Position numbers and translations under genes: made by a program. Below the pieces are notes generated by a model. The model was not told the DNA's origin, made no database searches, and was given only the letters and a program-made list of their open reading frames with translations. 64,000 bases of DNA. Origin: Candidatus Methanosuratincola verstraetei. GTDB taxonomy: Archaea; Thermoproteota; Methanomethylicia; Methanomethylicales; Methanomethylicaceae. The stretch covers positions 512,001-576,000 of the forward strand of contig CP186953.1 in the NCBI GenBank assembly GCA_049570475.1, read 5' to 3'. Each line of letters opens with the position of its first letter. Positions within the stretch are counted from its first letter, which is position 1. Positions 39,088 to 49,110 of the stretch are shown in pieces.

Positions 39088-39537
39088 TCAGACTACCCAT
39101 TTGGCGTCCAGCCGCTCGTACGCCTGGATGTCGGCATCGCTGAAGAAGATCGCAAGCTCCTTCTGCGCATTCTCTACAGAATCGGAGGCATGTATCACAT
39201 TCATGCTCTTAGAGCAGGAGAAGTCGCCCCTGACAGTGCCCGGGGAAGCCTCCTTTGCATCGGTTGACCCTATTAGCTTGCGCATAACGGAGACCGCGCT
39301 CTCTCCCTCTATTGCCATCACCACGACTGGCGCTGATCTTATGAAGGATACGAGCTCCCCGTAGAATGGCTTCTCCCTGTGGACTGAATACAGCCTCGAC
39401 GCTTGCTCTTCCGAGACCCTGATCATCCTCATGCCCACTATCTTGAGGCCCTTCTTCTCTATCCTGGATATGATCTCGCCGACTATGCCCCTCAGCACCG
39501 CGTCTGGCTTTATCATCGAAAAGGTGCGCTCTATCAT
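39088..39537 (-). CDS. ndk: Nucleoside diphosphate kinase
   Basis: ERTF.MIKPD, PGTVRGD, NVIHASDS. Confidence 0.97.
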   Translation of the reverse strand: MIERTFSMIKPDAVLRGIVGEIISRIEKKGLKIVGMRMIRVSEEQASRLYSVHREKPFYGELVSFIRSAPVVVMAIEGESAVSVMRKLIGSTDAKEASPGTVRGDFSCSKSMNVIHASDSVENAQKELAIFFSDADIQAYERLDAKWVV

Positions 39538-39541
39538 CTGC

Positions 39542-39718
39542 CTACACCTTGGAGGATGCCCACTTGAGATCCCTGGGAACCCTCTTCAGCTCGAGCATGT
39601 TCTTGCGGCACTTGCTGGAGCAGAATCTAAGTATGGTGCCGTCATTCTTGACGTACATAAGTCCGGTCCCAGCAGGGATCTCGTGGCTGCAGAATGAACA
39701 TTTCTGGATTCTTACCAT
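39542..39718 (-). CDS. rpl24e: 50S ribosomal protein L24e; absent from the ORF track
   Basis: Manual translation [40 protein letters not shown]...PRDLKW. Confidence 0.95.
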   Translation of the reverse strand: MVRIQKCSFCSHEIPAGTGLMYVKNDGTILRFCSSKCRKNMLELKRVPRDLKWASSKV

Positions 39719-39738
39719 ATGGCATCAGCCCAACCAAA

Positions 39739-39957
39739 TCATCTTGGCATCAGTTTCTTGGCCTCGCGCTCGGTCTCCCTGAGCATCAGGATGTCCCCAA
39801 TTCGCACAGGACCCTTGACGTTCCTAGTGATGATCCGCCCCTTGTCCTTGCCTTCTAGGACGCGGACGCGGACCTGAATCACTTCACCAGTGACGCCAGT
39901 CCTGCCTACAATCTGAATCACTTCGGCAGGAGATACGTCACCCATCTCTCGGCTCAT
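39739..39957 (-). CDS. rps28e: 30S ribosomal protein S28e
   Basis: [30 protein letters not shown]. Confidence 0.97.
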   Translation of the reverse strand: MSREMGDVSPAEVIQIVGRTGVTGEVIQVRVRVLEGKDKGRIITRNVKGPVRIGDILMLRETEREAKKLMPR

Positions 39958-39974
39958 CGGGAATCACCAGGGGC

Positions 39975-40517
39975 TCAAGCTTCCTCTTTGGGGGACTCAG
40001 CAGGTTCTTCCTGTGTCTTCTTTGCTGCCTTCTTCTTGGGCTTCTCTTTCTTTGGAGCCTCTGCCTTCTTAGGCTCAGCCGCTGGTTCCTCTGCCTTCTT
40101 AGGCGCGGGCTTCGGTTCCTCTGCCTTTTCTTCAGCAGCTCCCTTCAGCCTCAGCGAAGAGACCTTTGAGACCACTTCATCGACCAGAGGCTTACCCTTG
40201 CCTGGCTCGACTATCGCAATGGCAGCCGACGGAACATCTATTCCTGCAGCTGTGCCGAGTTTCACCTTGGAGTCTACATAAACATATGAGATCTTCTTCT
40301 CTTCAGCTAGCAGGGGAAGGTGGGCTACGATCTCAGGCGGATCAACATCCTGAGCTATGACCAACAGCTTGGCTATCCCTCGTTCGACCGCCTTGGTGGA
40401 CTCATTTGCACCTTTCCTGAGTTTACCGTCCTCTTTTGCCAATTTTACAGCTTCATAAGCGCGCTCCATAATTTCTGGAGGCACATCAAACCTTACAAAC
40501 ATTGGTTTCTTGGACAT
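39975..40517 (-). CDS. rpl7ae: Ribosomal/K-turn binding protein L7Ae with a long K/E/A/P tail
   Basis: [26 protein letters not shown]. Confidence 0.96.
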   Translation of the reverse strand: MSKKPMFVRFDVPPEIMERAYEAVKLAKEDGKLRKGANESTKAVERGIAKLLVIAQDVDPPEIVAHLPLLAEEKKISYVYVDSKVKLGTAAGIDVPSAAIAIVEPGKGKPLVDEVVSKVSSLRLKGAAEEKAEEPKPAPKKAEEPAAEPKKAEAPKKEKPKKKAAKKTQEEPAESPKEEA

Positions 40518-40524
40518 ATCCTTT

Positions 40525-40545
40525 ACCTCGGATGTCTTCATCGCT
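40525..40545 (-). promoter_or_regulatory. Putative K-turn/K-loop in the L7Ae 5' UTR
   Basis: GCGAUGAAGACAUCCGAGGU: C-like GAUGAAG plus D-like CCGA overlapping the SD GAGGU. Confidence 0.55.
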
Positions 40546-40600
40546 TGTTTCAATTAGACAAAAGGGAGGGTATTTATGAGCTTTGTGGTAATCAGCCGGA

Positions 40601-42322
40601 TCAATTATGCGTAAAGTACCCCACCAGGGCACCGCCAGAGCTGCACACCCTCACGAATCCATACCTGTAGAACTGGAAGACCTGGGGGAGGGCCTCGCTC
40701 AGCACCCCAGAGTCAACAAGACCCGATTCCTTTGAGGCATCAGGCCTGACTATGCTGATTGGAACCCCGGCGCCCTCAGGCAGCCACTGTACGATCGGTG
40801 CCCCGAGCGATCTGGCTTCGGCTACTCCCTCGCTGTGGAACCTGCAGAGCCCATCAGGTGTGACCTCGATGTTGAAGAGGTTCATGAGGCGCAAATACCG
40901 GCTCCTTTTTGCGCCCATCAGATCCGAGGATGGCACAACTACCCTGGATGTTGGGCCTATCCTGAAGCGCCTTGAACCCCACTCAGGATGGTCCGGATGC
41001 AACGGTATGCTGACCTCGAAGTCCCTATCGATCCCTTCGACAAGGATTGCCTTTGGATCAGCGACGAATACATAACGCTTCGACACCGGGTCGAGGAGCT
41101 TGCGGTTTATAGATGAGAGGTTCTCCCAGCTGATCGTTGCCTCGGAAGGCCTTACGCCGACCTCTAAGATGAGGCGCCGTATGGTCTCGGGCAGAAAGCC
41201 GCGCCTCCGCAGGGCTGAGATTGTTCCGAGGCGGGGGTCGTCCCAGCTTTCGTAGACTCCGGACTCTATCCCGGCCCTTATCTTGGACTTGCTCAGGACC
41301 GTGCCCTCGATCTTAAGCCGCCCGTAGTGGATTGCTTCAGGGTACTCCCATCCGAAGTAGTCGTACATGAACTTCTGGCGAGCCATGTTGACCTCATGCT
41401 CCTTGCCCCTGAGGATGTGGGTTATGCCCAGGAGGTGGTCGTCTATCCCCGAGGCAAAGTTGTACAGAGGCCAGACCCGGTACCTCGTCCCGATCCTCGG
41501 GTGCGGTTTCGTGTCTATGCGCATTGCGGGCCAGTCCCTAATCGCAGGGTTCGGGTGGTCAAGAATAGTCTTGACCCGCATTACTGCGCCGCCCCTCTTT
41601 ATGCTCCCGTCAAGCATGCCCCTCCACCTGGACAACTGCTCGTCGACCGGGAGATCCCTGCACGGGCATGGCTTCCTCTGGGACATGAATTCCCTGAACT
41701 TCTCAGCAGGGCATGTGCAAATGTAAGCCCCGCCTATATGCAGCAGCCTCTCTGCGTATTCGTAGTATATCTGGAGGCGGTCAGACTGGATAACCTCGTT
41801 GTCCCACCGCACCCCTAGCCATCGCAAGTCCTCCTTGATCGCCTCGTACGCCTCTGGCTGGGGCGGCTTGATTGAAGGCGAGGTATCCTCGAACCTTAGC
41901 GTGAAGGAACCGTTGTATATCTTTGCGTATTCGTCGCTCAGGATGGCTGCACGGCTGTTCCCCAAGTGTATGACTGAGTCGGGGTTAGGCGCAAACCTGA
42001 CGTGGATCCGCGAGTATCTTTCGGCGTTCGGCAGCGGGGGAAGCAAGTGCTGCTGGGGCTTCGTCTTCTCCTTCTCTGCAGAAAGTCCGGCTGATTCGGC
42101 CAGCGCCCTTTGGGCCTCTGGAGGCATGGCGTTGATCTCAGCCGAAACCTCCTCAGCCAAGCGGAAGATCTCGGCGGCCCTCGATTTGAGTGCAGGCTCC
42201 TCTGCAAAGGCTTTTCCTGCTACCGCTTTTGGATTTGCCTTTCCGCCGTACTTGAGAGCGTTTAGCAGGGCATGGTTGCGGAGCAGCTTCCTGATCCGGT
42301 CATCATCGGGCGGTTGGTTCAA
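40601..42322 (-). CDS. gltX: Glutamate--tRNA ligase
   Basis: RFAPNP..HLGN, RFEDT, HILRGKEH, LSKS, WDDPRL. Confidence 0.96.
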   Translation of the reverse strand: MNQPPDDDRIRKLLRNHALLNALKYGGKANPKAVAGKAFAEEPALKSRAAEIFRLAEEVSAEINAMPPEAQRALAESAGLSAEKEKTKPQQHLLPPLPNAERYSRIHVRFAPNPDSVIHLGNSRAAILSDEYAKIYNGSFTLRFEDTSPSIKPPQPEAYEAIKEDLRWLGVRWDNEVIQSDRLQIYYEYAERLLHIGGAYICTCPAEKFREFMSQRKPCPCRDLPVDEQLSRWRGMLDGSIKRGGAVMRVKTILDHPNPAIRDWPAMRIDTKPHPRIGTRYRVWPLYNFASGIDDHLLGITHILRGKEHEVNMARQKFMYDYFGWEYPEAIHYGRLKIEGTVLSKSKIRAGIESGVYESWDDPRLGTISALRRRGFLPETIRRLILEVGVRPSEATISWENLSSINRKLLDPVSKRYVFVADPKAILVEGIDRDFEVSIPLHPDHPEWGSRRFRIGPTSRVVVPSSDLMGAKRSRYLRLMNLFNIEVTPDGLCRFHSEGVAEARSLGAPIVQWLPEGAGVPISIVRPDASKESGLVDSGVLSEALPQVFQFYRYGFVRVCSSGGALVGYFTHN

Positions 42323-42397
42323 CTGGATCACCACTGGTATGAGAAAGACAATTACGCAAGGGAACACTTATCTTTTTGTTGTACTTTCAGCTGCGCC

Positions 42398-43378
42398 TCA
42401 CTTCTTCCGCATTATCGAATATTCGACGAGCTGAGTCAATGACTTCTTTGGCTCTGAGTCAGGCAGTGTGGAAATTGCCTTCTTTGCCTCCTCCACATAC
42501 GCCAAGGCTTTCCTGCGGACATAGCCCAAGACGCCATCTTCCTCAAGCGAGGAAATCAGGGCCGCGAGTTGCTCCTTGGTCGCATCCTTGCTCCCGAGGA
42601 GGGACTTTATCATCTCCCTAGAGCGGGTCTGCATCCCCCTGATCACGATCAGCGTCTTTTTGCCCTCTCTCAGATCATTCCCAACCGGCTTGCCAAGCGC
42701 CTCCTCGTTCGAAGTGATCCCTAGGTAGTCGTCGAATATCTGGAAAGCCATGCCGAGGTTCCAGCCGTATGCCCCGAGCTTCTTGATGCTATCCTCGCTG
42801 CCCCCTCCGGCGATCGCCCCTATCTCGGCACATGCCTGGAAGAGCGCAGCAGTCTTGCCTGAGATCATGTCCAAGTAATCGTTCTCTGTTATTTCGTCCT
42901 TCTCCTCGAAAGACATGTCCTGGAACTGGCCTATAGAGAGGCTTACTGTGGCGTCAGCGAGCACAGCGGCTGCAGCCCTTGCCCTTCTGTCGTCGAGCGC
43001 GCTCCTCAGGATCGCTTGGAAGGCCTCCGCGAAGAGCAGATCCCCAGCGAGTATCGCAGTGGGGACCCCCCAGAGTACGTGGACAGTGGGGACTCCCCGC
43101 CGCATTGTGTCGTTGTCCATTATGTCATCATGCACTAGAGTGAAGTTGTGGAGAAGCTCGACCGCGGCAGCTGGAGCGATAGCAGAAACTCTCTCGCCGC
43201 CCACTGCCTCGCAGGACTTGACCACGAGGTAAGGGCGCATCCTCTTGCCGCCGTGTGACGGGAGGTGGTAAGCGGACTTGAACAGCGGATCTTTCCTGCC
43301 GAGCATCGACTCAATGAAGGCCCCAACTTCCCGGGACACCGATGCCATCTCTGCCTCAATCATTTTGTCCAACACCAA
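42398..43378 (-). CDS. Geranylgeranyl diphosphate synthase (IdsA-type)
   Basis: GGKR.RP, LVHDDIMD, RRG, KT..LF, FQI.DD, GKPVG.DLREGK. Confidence 0.93.
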   Translation of the reverse strand: MVLDKMIEAEMASVSREVGAFIESMLGRKDPLFKSAYHLPSHGGKRMRPYLVVKSCEAVGGERVSAIAPAAAVELLHNFTLVHDDIMDNDTMRRGVPTVHVLWGVPTAILAGDLLFAEAFQAILRSALDDRRARAAAAVLADATVSLSIGQFQDMSFEEKDEITENDYLDMISGKTAALFQACAEIGAIAGGGSEDSIKKLGAYGWNLGMAFQIFDDYLGITSNEEALGKPVGNDLREGKKTLIVIRGMQTRSREMIKSLLGSKDATKEQLAALISSLEEDGVLGYVRRKALAYVEEAKKAISTLPDSEPKKSLTQLVEYSIMRKK

Positions 43379-44438
43379 GACCTCTCTGAATAACCCAGTT
43401 TAAAAGCCCCCCGCTCAGAACGGTCGGGACTGATTTGAGCGACCTGATGTCTCGAGCGCCTGTCAGGAGGGCCGCTGCCTTAAGTTCGTGGATCATGCGC
43501 TCCAGCCTCGCTGCCACCTCGCGGTGACCCTTAAATGCAGGCACGAGGAGCTCCCTGGCGACTCCGGCAAGGTCAGCGCCCAGGGCTATTGACTTCGCGA
43601 TGTCCAGACCGTTCCTTATTCCCCCTGAGGCGATTATGGTTACAGGTTTTTTGAGCGATCGGATCTCGCATATGCTCATCGCGGTCGGGATGCCCCAGTC
43701 CCAGAAGGTTTCGGCAACCTCCGCCTTCGACCGCTCACCCTTGCTCTGCGCGTTGTAGTACTCGACCGCTGCCCAGCTGGTGCCACCTGCGCCCGAGACT
43801 TCGATCGCAGAGACGCCGGACTCCAAGAGCCTGCTTGCAACCTCCCTTGATATCCCGCAGCCGGTCTCCTTGGCTACAATAGGCACCCCCAGATCGCGCG
43901 CAAGATCGCCCACAGCACTTAAAACGCCGCGGTACCTGGTGTCGCCCAACGGCTGGACGAGCTCCTGGAGCGGGTTCAGGTGCACAGCGATGGCATCGGC
44001 ACAGATCATTGAGACGGCCCTCTTCGCTAGGGAGAGGCGCTCCGGGGAGAGGAGCTGGGCTGCCCCAATGTTTGCGATCACCAGCATCTCGCCGGAAGCC
44101 TCTCTTACCACACGGAACGTGTCTTCCTGCGATGGATCCTCAAGGGCCGCCCTCTGGCTGCCTACGCAGATCCCCAGCCCAAGCTCGGAGGCGGCCCTTG
44201 CGAGGCTCTCGTTGATCTTCTTCGTTGATGGGTGCCCGCCCGTCATTGCGGAGATTATAAGCGGCGCTGAGATACGCTTCCCGAGGAAGACCGTTGAGAG
44301 GTCGAGATCGGAAAGATCGAGTTCTGGCGTTGCGAGGTGGACCAGCTCGACGTCCTCCAGGTGCGTGGTCTTCCGCCTGGGCCCGACATCAATGTCCCTG
44401 CATATCTCGAGATGCTTCAGCTTCCTTTCTGAGATCAT
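43356..44438 (-). CDS. fni: Type 2 isopentenyl-diphosphate isomerase
   Basis: RK..H, AMTGG, GSQR, HLNPLQE, KETG.G, GAGGTSW, SGGIR.G. Confidence 0.96.
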   Translation of the reverse strand: MISERKLKHLEICRDIDVGPRRKTTHLEDVELVHLATPELDLSDLDLSTVFLGKRISAPLIISAMTGGHPSTKKINESLARAASELGLGICVGSQRAALEDPSQEDTFRVVREASGEMLVIANIGAAQLLSPERLSLAKRAVSMICADAIAVHLNPLQELVQPLGDTRYRGVLSAVGDLARDLGVPIVAKETGCGISREVASRLLESGVSAIEVSGAGGTSWAAVEYYNAQSKGERSKAEVAETFWDWGIPTAMSICEIRSLKKPVTIIASGGIRNGLDIAKSIALGADLAGVARELLVPAFKGHREVAARLERMIHELKAAALLTGARDIRSLKSVPTVLSGGLLNWVIQRGLGVGQND

Positions 44439-44472
44439 ATCTTAACGCCTTTTGAGATCACTTCATTCTGCT

Positions 44473-45243
44473 TCAATCTATATATGTCCCTTCCACTTCT
44501 TCGCCACGAAGCAAGCTCGCGATGGCACCGGGGCGAGTCGCGTTGAAGATGAGGGCCCTATTCCCCCCTGATGATAGGTACTCGCCGACCTCGCCCAGCT
44601 TGCCCGCCATCCCGCCAGTCACATCATTAGCCCTAGCTTTGGTCGAGGCGATGATCTCTTTGAGCTTGCCGCGATCTATTCTCCTGAGGGGCTTTCCGTC
44701 TTCGAGGTACCCATCGACATCGGTCCCAAATGCCAATAGCCCCGCCGAGCTGGCAAGTGCCAGGATGCGCGCTATTGTGTCCCCCGACAGGATCCGACCA
44801 TGCCCCTGGCTCGAGAGGACGACGTCCCCGCCCAGTGACGGGAGGAGCCCCGCCGAAAGCGCCAGCTCAACCGGCTTTAGGGAGTATCCCAAACGCGGCT
44901 CCATGTCCGATTCTTCGAAGAAGCAGGCGGAGGGGTCGACAGCAAAGAAAGGCACCCCTTTCCCCAGGAACGACTCGGCAAGAAGGGATGTAAGGCGGTG
45001 CATTGCATGCCTTGTCTCAGCTATCCCTCTTGGATCCTTCAATCTGCCGCTCCCATCTATGTATTTCATTGCGGCACGATGCCCAAACGATCCACCGCCG
45101 TGGACTAGAAGGACGCGCACGCCTTTCCATGAGTGAGCGAACTCCTCTGCGATCCGGTCTATCACGTCGAGTTTAGGGGCATACGGGGTATCCTTTTGCG
45201 TGATCGCACTACCGCCCAGCTTGATCACCAAGTCAGCCTTCAA
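44473..45243 (-). CDS. ipk: Isopentenyl phosphate kinase
   Basis: KLGGSAIT.K, VHGGGSFGH, SGD, DVTGGM.GK. Confidence 0.93.
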   Translation of the reverse strand: MKADLVIKLGGSAITQKDTPYAPKLDVIDRIAEEFAHSWKGVRVLLVHGGGSFGHRAAMKYIDGSGRLKDPRGIAETRHAMHRLTSLLAESFLGKGVPFFAVDPSACFFEESDMEPRLGYSLKPVELALSAGLLPSLGGDVVLSSQGHGRILSGDTIARILALASSAGLLAFGTDVDGYLEDGKPLRRIDRGKLKEIIASTKARANDVTGGMAGKLGEVGEYLSSGGNRALIFNATRPGAIASLLRGEEVEGTYID

Positions 45244-46063
45244 TCTCGTTCACCCCTTCGTATGAGAAGCGCACCATCTGGAAATCGTCGGGCAGAACGC
45301 CCTCCGAGGGTATCGCCAAGTCCGCCACAAGCGCGGGGGAGACGATAACCTTGCTGCCAAGGGAAGGTATCCCCGAGATCCTTTGCAGGTCCGACAATGC
45401 GATCTGCCCGGTTGCGTACAGCAAGGAAGCCTCCAGGGAAAATGCCCTCCCCAGGGCAGCCAGGTCCCCCCTCTGGATAGCACCAATGCCCTCCAATACC
45501 AGGTGCGCCACGAGGTGCCACATCGAATCAGAGAGCGCCGGGAACTCCTTTGAGAATTTCGACACTGGGGTTTCATCGATGCGCCTCCCAGGGAGGATCC
45601 TCAGGCAGATGGGGCCAGAAGTGGTCGAGTCGATTGAGAGGAAGCCTTCGCCCTGCCTGCTTGCGACGACCCCGCCCGAAAGGGAGGTTAGAGCCCTCGC
45701 CGCGGTCACGAAGTCCCATGAGCCTGCCCTCTTCAGGAGCTGCGGCAAACTCTCCTCAATTGCGCCGCACTCGGTCAGGTAGAGCAGGGCCGCCGCGTTC
45801 ACGAAATCCTGGTCAGACCCGCCTTCATGCGGCCCGGATACGGAGTAATAGCCGTCCAGACCCTGGGAAGCCAAGAACTTTGAGAGTATTTTTTTAAGAT
45901 ATGGAGAGCTTATCGGGATCGAAAGTTTCGGGGATTCGGACTTCTTGACGGTCACTCGCCAAGAGAAGCCCAGGGCAGCAGTCAGCAGGGGGGTGCCAGC
46001 CTCGACAAATGCCTCCCCAAGTAGCGGGACTGTGAAAGGGATGTCAAGCCTGATCGCGTCCAT
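45233..46063 (-). CDS. Degenerate mevalonate-kinase (GHMP)-like protein lacking catalytic motifs
   Basis: mvk slot between MEMO1 and ipk; residual P..V.LLGE....G.P...AA and AI..GD...LG; no GLGSSAA or GAGGGG. Confidence 0.7.
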   Translation of the reverse strand: MDAIRLDIPFTVPLLGEAFVEAGTPLLTAALGFSWRVTVKKSESPKLSIPISSPYLKKILSKFLASQGLDGYYSVSGPHEGGSDQDFVNAAALLYLTECGAIEESLPQLLKRAGSWDFVTAARALTSLSGGVVASRQGEGFLSIDSTTSGPICLRILPGRRIDETPVSKFSKEFPALSDSMWHLVAHLVLEGIGAIQRGDLAALGRAFSLEASLLYATGQIALSDLQRISGIPSLGSKVIVSPALVADLAIPSEGVLPDDFQMVRFSYEGVNEIEG

Positions 46064-46136
46064 AATAGACCTAGCCGCCCGACCAGATTAAGGCTTTCGC
46101 CCGAATTTTTGAACGGACTGATCCGAGTTGATCGCC

Positions 46137-47003
46137 TTAATCGAACTCGATTGAGAATGACCCGTACCCGACGACATCTCCCTTTGGTCCCGAGGTGTCA
46201 CCCGAGGTCGCGTAGCAGAGCTTTCTGCAGCGGCCTGCACCGAGTGCAAGTGAAGCGACCATTACAGCCATCACTGGACCAGAGCCGCACATTGTGATCT
46301 CCTCCTTCCTGACGACCTCCTCCACGCCTTTGGGGTTCATCGCTAGGATCTCCTCAATCACTACCGCATCACGATCGTATGCGGATTTGTAAGGCACATA
46401 GTGCGAGAAGTCTGTGCTAGCAACGAGTAGGGCTGATCTCCCCTTGACGGCAGCGGCAACCGCCTCCCCCAGCTCCCTCGAGGTCTCGAAGTCCTGGAGC
46501 ATCATGCAGATCGGCACAATCCTGAAGGAGGATCCGAAGACGTACTGGAGGAACGGGATCTGGACTTCGACAGAGTGTTCGTATTCGTGAGCCTCTGAGT
46601 CAGGCTCTGCTGCCCCTGATCTCGTTATCAATCGCGAGACCTCTTGGTCGACCTTGACTCGCCCCAGCGGGGTCAGCCAATCGCCACCTTCCCAGACTGA
46701 GACCGCTGCGCCCATGCCAGTGTGGTTAGGCCCGATGAGGACGACCGTCTCGGGCGATGGTTCTTTCGAAACCTCATAGAAGCCGTGGGCGGCGACAGGA
46801 CCTGAATAGATGTAGCCGGCATGGGGCGAGATGATCGCGCAGATCTTCCTTTCGGCAGATGAGGGTGTTGACGGCAGTTTACCGGGACCAACTTTGTGCA
46901 GGAAGCACCATTTTATACGCGATTCAAGGGCAGCAGGGTCAGCTTCATAAAAAGAGCCGGAGACTGAGGGGACCCTATCCCTCAAGACTGTAGTCTCCCC
47001 CAT
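46137..47003 (-). CDS. MEMO1 family protein (AmmeMemoRadiSam B)
   Basis: GSFY, PHAGY.YSG, GPNH, EHS.EVQ.PF, STDFSHY, MCG.GP, SGD, VVGY. Confidence 0.93.
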   Translation of the reverse strand: MGETTVLRDRVPSVSGSFYEADPAALESRIKWCFLHKVGPGKLPSTPSSAERKICAIISPHAGYIYSGPVAAHGFYEVSKEPSPETVVLIGPNHTGMGAAVSVWEGGDWLTPLGRVKVDQEVSRLITRSGAAEPDSEAHEYEHSVEVQIPFLQYVFGSSFRIVPICMMLQDFETSRELGEAVAAAVKGRSALLVASTDFSHYVPYKSAYDRDAVVIEEILAMNPKGVEEVVRKEEITMCGSGPVMAVMVASLALGAGRCRKLCYATSGDTSGPKGDVVGYGSFSIEFD

Positions 47004-47631
47004 ACTCCTCCTCTGCGACGAGGACCTTCGACTCGAAGTCGTCGATTGTCGCAGGGAGGTCTTCGGTCTGACCCAGAGCGCCCCTCTCACGGAGCACCTG
47101 CCTGGTCAGAAGCCAGTATGCAAGGGCTATGGATTTCCTACCCTTGTTGTTGATCGGAATTACGAGGTCCATCAGCTGTGCGCGGTTGTCGGTGTCACAG
47201 AGGCCGACCACAGGTACGCCAACCTCTGCAGCCTCGACCATGGCCTGCCAGTCAGCTCTGGGGTCAGTCACGACGAGCAGCTTCGGCTCGCAGTAATTGG
47301 ATAGCTTTGGATTTGTGAATGTGCCAGGTATGAACCTACCGGTCAGGCTCTTCCCCCCAATCATGGATGAGAATTTCTCAACCGGCTTGAACCCATATTG
47401 CCTAGCCGAAGTTGCGTAGACAGTTTCGGGCGCGAACTTTGCTATGAACTTTGATGCAACCCGGATACGTTCATCCGTCTTCCTTACATCCAAGACATAC
47501 AGGCCGTCGGGTCTGACGCGATATATGAAGGGGCGCATATCGTTTGTCTTTACATGAGTGCCGATATGTATCCCAGCCGCAAGGTAAACTTCGAGCGGCA
47601 ACAGCAGGTCAGCAGCTTCAATAGTCGCCAT
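46975..47631 (-). CDS. rps2: 30S ribosomal protein S2
   Basis: [30 protein letters not shown]. Confidence 0.97.
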   Translation of the reverse strand: MATIEAADLLLPLEVYLAAGIHIGTHVKTNDMRPFIYRVRPDGLYVLDVRKTDERIRVASKFIAKFAPETVYATSARQYGFKPVEKFSSMIGGKSLTGRFIPGTFTNPKLSNYCEPKLLVVTDPRADWQAMVEAAEVGVPVVGLCDTDNRAQLMDLVIPINNKGRKSIALAYWLLTRQVLRERGALGQTEDLPATIDDFESKVLVAEEEYGGDYSLEG

Positions 47632-47677
47632 GCAATTACTCCCCAATGGTGCAAATCTGTGAAAACGATAAGAGCTT

Positions 47678-47893
47678 TTATATTTTTCCTTCCCTGTCCC
47701 TAACCGAGAACTTTAAGGATTCGCCGACGAGGTCGACATGCGAGAGGAAGATGCGCCTACAGCAGTACCTCTCGATCCCCAGGGAGTCCAAGACCTTGGC
47801 AGGGTTCTCGCCCTTACCCACCCTTTCATTGAACGCCTCCCATTTATCGGCAATTACCTTTCCGCAGGTGAAGCACCGGACAGGGATGATCAT
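47678..47893 (-). CDS. rpoN: RNA polymerase subunit N (Rpo10)
   Basis: [17 protein letters not shown]. Confidence 0.98.
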   Translation of the reverse strand: MIIPVRCFTCGKVIADKWEAFNERVGKGENPAKVLDSLGIERYCCRRIFLSHVDLVGESLKFSVRDREGKI

Positions 47894-47902
47894 GCAGACA
47901 CC

Positions 47903-48307
47903 TCATCTGTAAGACTTCTGCTTCCTTCTCCTGGCACTGTAGCCGCCGAACTTCTTCGGCTCCGTCCTTCTAGGATCCTCTACCAGCATCCTCCTGTCGT
48001 ATGCCATAAGCTTGCCCTTGAGAGAGTCCCCGAATATCTCAGCCAAGGAGTTTGCTATTACGACCCTGGCCGCTTCCGCCTGGCCCATCACACCGCCGCC
48101 CTCTACCTTGATGTCGATGTCGATCGCATTGGCGTACTCTGCTCCGGCGACGAGGAGGGGCTCTATGACCTTCATCCTCACCAGCTCTGGCTTTACTATT
48201 TCGATCGGGGTACCGTTTATGTAGATCTTTCCGGTCCCCTTGGTGGCGACTGCCCTTGCGACGGCAGTCTTCCTTTTTCCGCTAACAACGACTACTTTCT
48301 CGCTCAT
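47903..48307 (-). CDS. rps9: 30S ribosomal protein S9
   Basis: [21 protein letters not shown]. Confidence 0.97.
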   Translation of the reverse strand: MSEKVVVVSGKRKTAVARAVATKGTGKIYINGTPIEIVKPELVRMKVIEPLLVAGAEYANAIDIDIKVEGGGVMGQAEAARVVIANSLAEIFGDSLKGKLMAYDRRMLVEDPRRTEPKKFGGYSARRRKQKSYR

Positions 48308-48741
48308 TGCACAGACCATCCTAGACTCCTTGATACCTCGCCAAGCTCCATATAAGGACCCCGCAGGTTCTTTACGTGTGCATCTTCAATCGTCTGGAAC
48401 TGGGCGTTAGCGAACTCTACCGGGGTTCCGATGAAGACCTTCAGCCGCTTCAGTGCCGCCTTCCCCGAAGGGGTCTTCGGCAGCATGTTCTTGACGGCGC
48501 TGTGGAACAGGCGATCCGGGGAACGGTGCTGCTTCATACCAACATCCTCCGGGTTCTTGAGCGTCCTTATGGCCATCCACCGTTCGTACTTGCTCATCAC
48601 AGAGTCCCGGTCCCCGGAGACCGCCATTCTGTCAACATTTACCACAACTACCTTTTCCCCTGACATCAGATGCTTGGCTATCTTCGATGCAGCCCTCCCG
48701 AGCCGCAGCCCACTACCGTCGATGTAAATGACCTCTGGCAA
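48304..48741 (-). CDS. rpl13: 50S ribosomal protein L13
   Basis: LGR.AS..AK, PD..F...V..MLP, GK.AL.RLKV. Confidence 0.95.
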   Translation of the reverse strand: MPEVIYIDGSGLRLGRAASKIAKHLMSGEKVVVVNVDRMAVSGDRDSVMSKYERWMAIRTLKNPEDVGMKQHRSPDRLFHSAVKNMLPKTPSGKAALKRLKVFIGTPVEFANAQFQTIEDAHVKNLRGPYMELGEVSRSLGWSVQ

Positions 48742-48747
48742 TCCATG

Positions 48748-49110
48748 TCACCTCAGTATCTTGACCCCGCGTCCCCTCGGGTTGAGATTCAAAAGCACCT
48801 CGAGCGATATCGCCCTGCCTCCGGCACTCGTTATCTTCTCCCTTGCCGAAGGGCTGAAAGAGAGGGCGGCTACGTCGACTTTCTTGGTGATGTTTCCAAA
48901 GCCAAGCACCTTCCCAGGGACGGCAATGAACTCCCCTTCCTTGGCGAATTTATCTATCTTGCTTACATTTACAGAAATCTTCTTCCTGGTCGGGACCGAG
49001 AGTAGCTCGGACAGATCCCTCCAGACTCCTACATTAGTTGACCTTGAAGCGCGTCTGAGCAGTCTTATCAAACGCCTAGTCTTGGGGTTTGTTGGTAATG
49101 TTCGCTTCAT
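48748..49110 (-). CDS. rpl18e: 50S ribosomal protein L18e
   Basis: TNP, VNVSKI, VPGKVLG.G, FS.SA..KI. Confidence 0.96.
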   Translation of the reverse strand: MKRTLPTNPKTRRLIRLLRRASRSTNVGVWRDLSELLSVPTRKKISVNVSKIDKFAKEGEFIAVPGKVLGFGNITKKVDVAALSFSPSAREKITSAGGRAISLEVLLNLNPRGRGVKILR

